Assembly: GCF_006345805.1 (NCBI RefSeq)
Contig: NC_043001.1
Location: 27,590,001-27,654,000 of the forward strand
Length of the DNA stretch: 64,000 bases
Direction of reading: 5' to 3'
Source of the DNA: Octopus sinensis
Lineage: Eukaryota
The position numbers and the translations under genes were made by a program. The notes beneath the pieces are model-generated. The model saw only the letters and a program-made list of their open reading frames with translations, was not told the origin of the DNA and searched no databases. Within the stretch, counting starts at the first letter, position 1, and every line of letters begins with the position of its first letter. Of the stretch, positions 62,190-64,000 are shown one piece after another.

Positions 62190-62520
62190 CTTTATTCAAT
62201 ATATATATACTTCCCTCACCAGCTCCAACCATTTCTCATTCTCCTCATACGCTCTTACAACCTCTACTCACCTACACTCGCAGCTCTTCTGTCCCCACTC
62301 AAAATACAGGTACCTTGAGGGTTCACCCTTACACTTCGTCACTACTATTTTATCTCTCCAGCTTCTCCTGGGTTACTCTAATCCTCTCTTCAATAATGCG
62401 ATTATCCGTGTATCTCTCACAAGAAATTTGTTCTGTTCTTGTTCCTGTCATATTTTAACTCCTAGCATAAAACCACAACCCTCTCTGCTGTAGCCCTACT
62501 TCATCAAAGCACCAGCCCTT
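62190..62520 (-). mobile_element. Old RTE-type LINE fragment
   Basis: Degenerate RT C-terminal-like sequence in purine-rich minus frames. Confidence 0.35.
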
Positions 62521-62627
62521 TGGTCATTAAGGAGCTGTAATCCTGCCAAAGTCAACTTTGCCTTTCATCCCTCTAGGATTAGTAAGATAAAAATAAAGTA
62601 CCAATCAAGGACTGGTGTTGATGACTC

Positions 62628-62652
62628 CTCCTCCTCCTCCCCCTCCTCCTCA

Positions 62653-62701
<49 letters not shown>

Positions 62702-62732
62702 GTCAGTAGTAGTAGTAGCAGCAGCAGCAGCA
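62628..62732. repeat. Compound (CCT)n(CAT)n(GTA)n(GCA)n trinucleotide repeat
   Basis: Seen directly. Confidence 0.9.
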
Positions 62733-63559
62733 GTTTGATGAGCTGGCAGATCCATTAGCATGTCAGGCAAAATGCTTAGCATTTCCTGTCTTCGTGTTCT
62801 GAGTTCAAATTCCGTTGAGGTCAATTTTGCCTTTTTCATGCTCTTGGGATTGATAAAGTAAGTTCTAGTTGATCACTGAGGTCAATGTAATCAACTTACC
62901 TCCACCCCAACCCCGAAATTACGGGCCTTGTGCCAAAATTTTAAATCATTATTATTACTATCAATAATATTAATACACTTAAAAATAATCCAGAATCCTT
63001 GTCCGGTACCTGATGAATCCCAATGGTAATCATGGAATGTGGAGGTAGCTGTAGAAAACTTAGTAACAGTAATAGATAGTTTATCCTTATCTAATACAAG
63101 CCAAAGTTAACAAATTCACCATTCAAAATAGTTTCGAAGGTAGAGGTATGATCATAAGTTCTACTCAGGAATTTTTAAATGAATAGTCTAAGACCTTTTG
63201 GTGCTCTCTTCTCTTAAATTCCTGCCTTCCTTTAATATGCCTGTTGGTTTAGATCGATGTATAGATGTATGTATATATGTAAGTATACTGTAAAATGTTA
63301 ATATGTATGTATAAAATATATGTAGTGGGAAATTTACTTATATATTATAAAAATATGTTAGTGTTGTTTAATTTCTGAATAGCTTTGCTGCCGTTTGTTT
63401 ATGTAGTTTGATTTCTTTATCGGTCAGTTTCTACTAAGATAGAGATGCAAGTAAAATTAATAATAGAGAAATGAAAATAAAACTTTGGAAGCTGCCTAAA
63501 GGGAGATAATTGAGAAAGACTTGAAAGTCAACATAAGATCATAATCATGTAAAGTAAAT

Positions 63560-63755
63560 ATAACAAATATTCCAGAATCCTTGTCCGATACCAGATTGAT
63601 CCCAAAATCTAATCAGTTCATGCCAGTCACGAAGTCAAACATCCCTGAAAGTTTCATCTAAATCCATCCGGCAGTTCTTGAGATATTTTGTCCACGGACA
63701 AACAAACAAGCACGACTGAAAACAATACCTCTGCCTTCGCCAAGGCAGAGTTAAT
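63560..63755. mobile_element. Helentron/DINE-1-like non-autonomous element end
   Basis: Subterminal 9-bp hairpin CTCTGCCTT-CGCC-AAGGCAGAG (63729-63750) after a GACAAACAAAC microsatellite. Related sequence lies near 62985-63020. Confidence 0.5.
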
Positions 63756-64000
63756 TATGATAATAATAAAAGAAGTGCAATAGAACTAGTACATATGTTT
63801 ATTATCAGCATAATAGCCCTCCCAGGATACAACAAAAAGATGAGATTAACAGAGTAATAATCCAAAAAAATCATACACTTTGTCAGTACTCATTCTAGAA
63901 CCCTAATATATAGCTAAGTACTGTAAAATAGATAACCAAGTATTATATTGTTTTAGTCAATACTACTAACCTTAAAAAAAATAAAGATTTTTATAAAGAA

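Overview
This is 64 kb of AT-rich, repeat-dense animal genomic DNA. The SINE/LINE repertoire and microsatellites suggest a coleoid cephalopod, probably Octopus (inference). One complete protein-coding gene can be read: RRP7A (ribosome biogenesis, UTP-C/CURI complex) on the + strand. It has 8 GT-AG exons from 18760 to 47763 that splice in consistent phase to 804 nt (267 aa), a compact promoter that looks bidirectional, and AATAAA directly after the stop codon. Most of the rest is mobile-element debris. There are several tRNA-headed SINE families, RTE and CR1/Jockey-type LINE fragments, a near-full mariner, internally deleted piggyBac, maT-like and pogo-like elements, piggyBac and hAT MITEs, and a Helentron-like end. 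Nearly all ORFs in the supplied track are repeat or microsatellite artefacts. The most interesting signal is a set of unrelated type I hammerhead-ribozyme motifs of the Penelope-like-element kind. One is essentially intact and sense in RRP7A intron 3 (28302-28356). One forms the tail of a tRNA-headed SINE that inserted as a head-to-head inverted dimer inside a single 16-bp target-site duplication (33500-33980). One lies in an inverted-repeat element downstream of the gene (50864-51197). All coordinates and alignments were read by hand, no database searches were run, and repeat boundaries are approximate. The SINE family labels A, B1, B2, D and E are my own.
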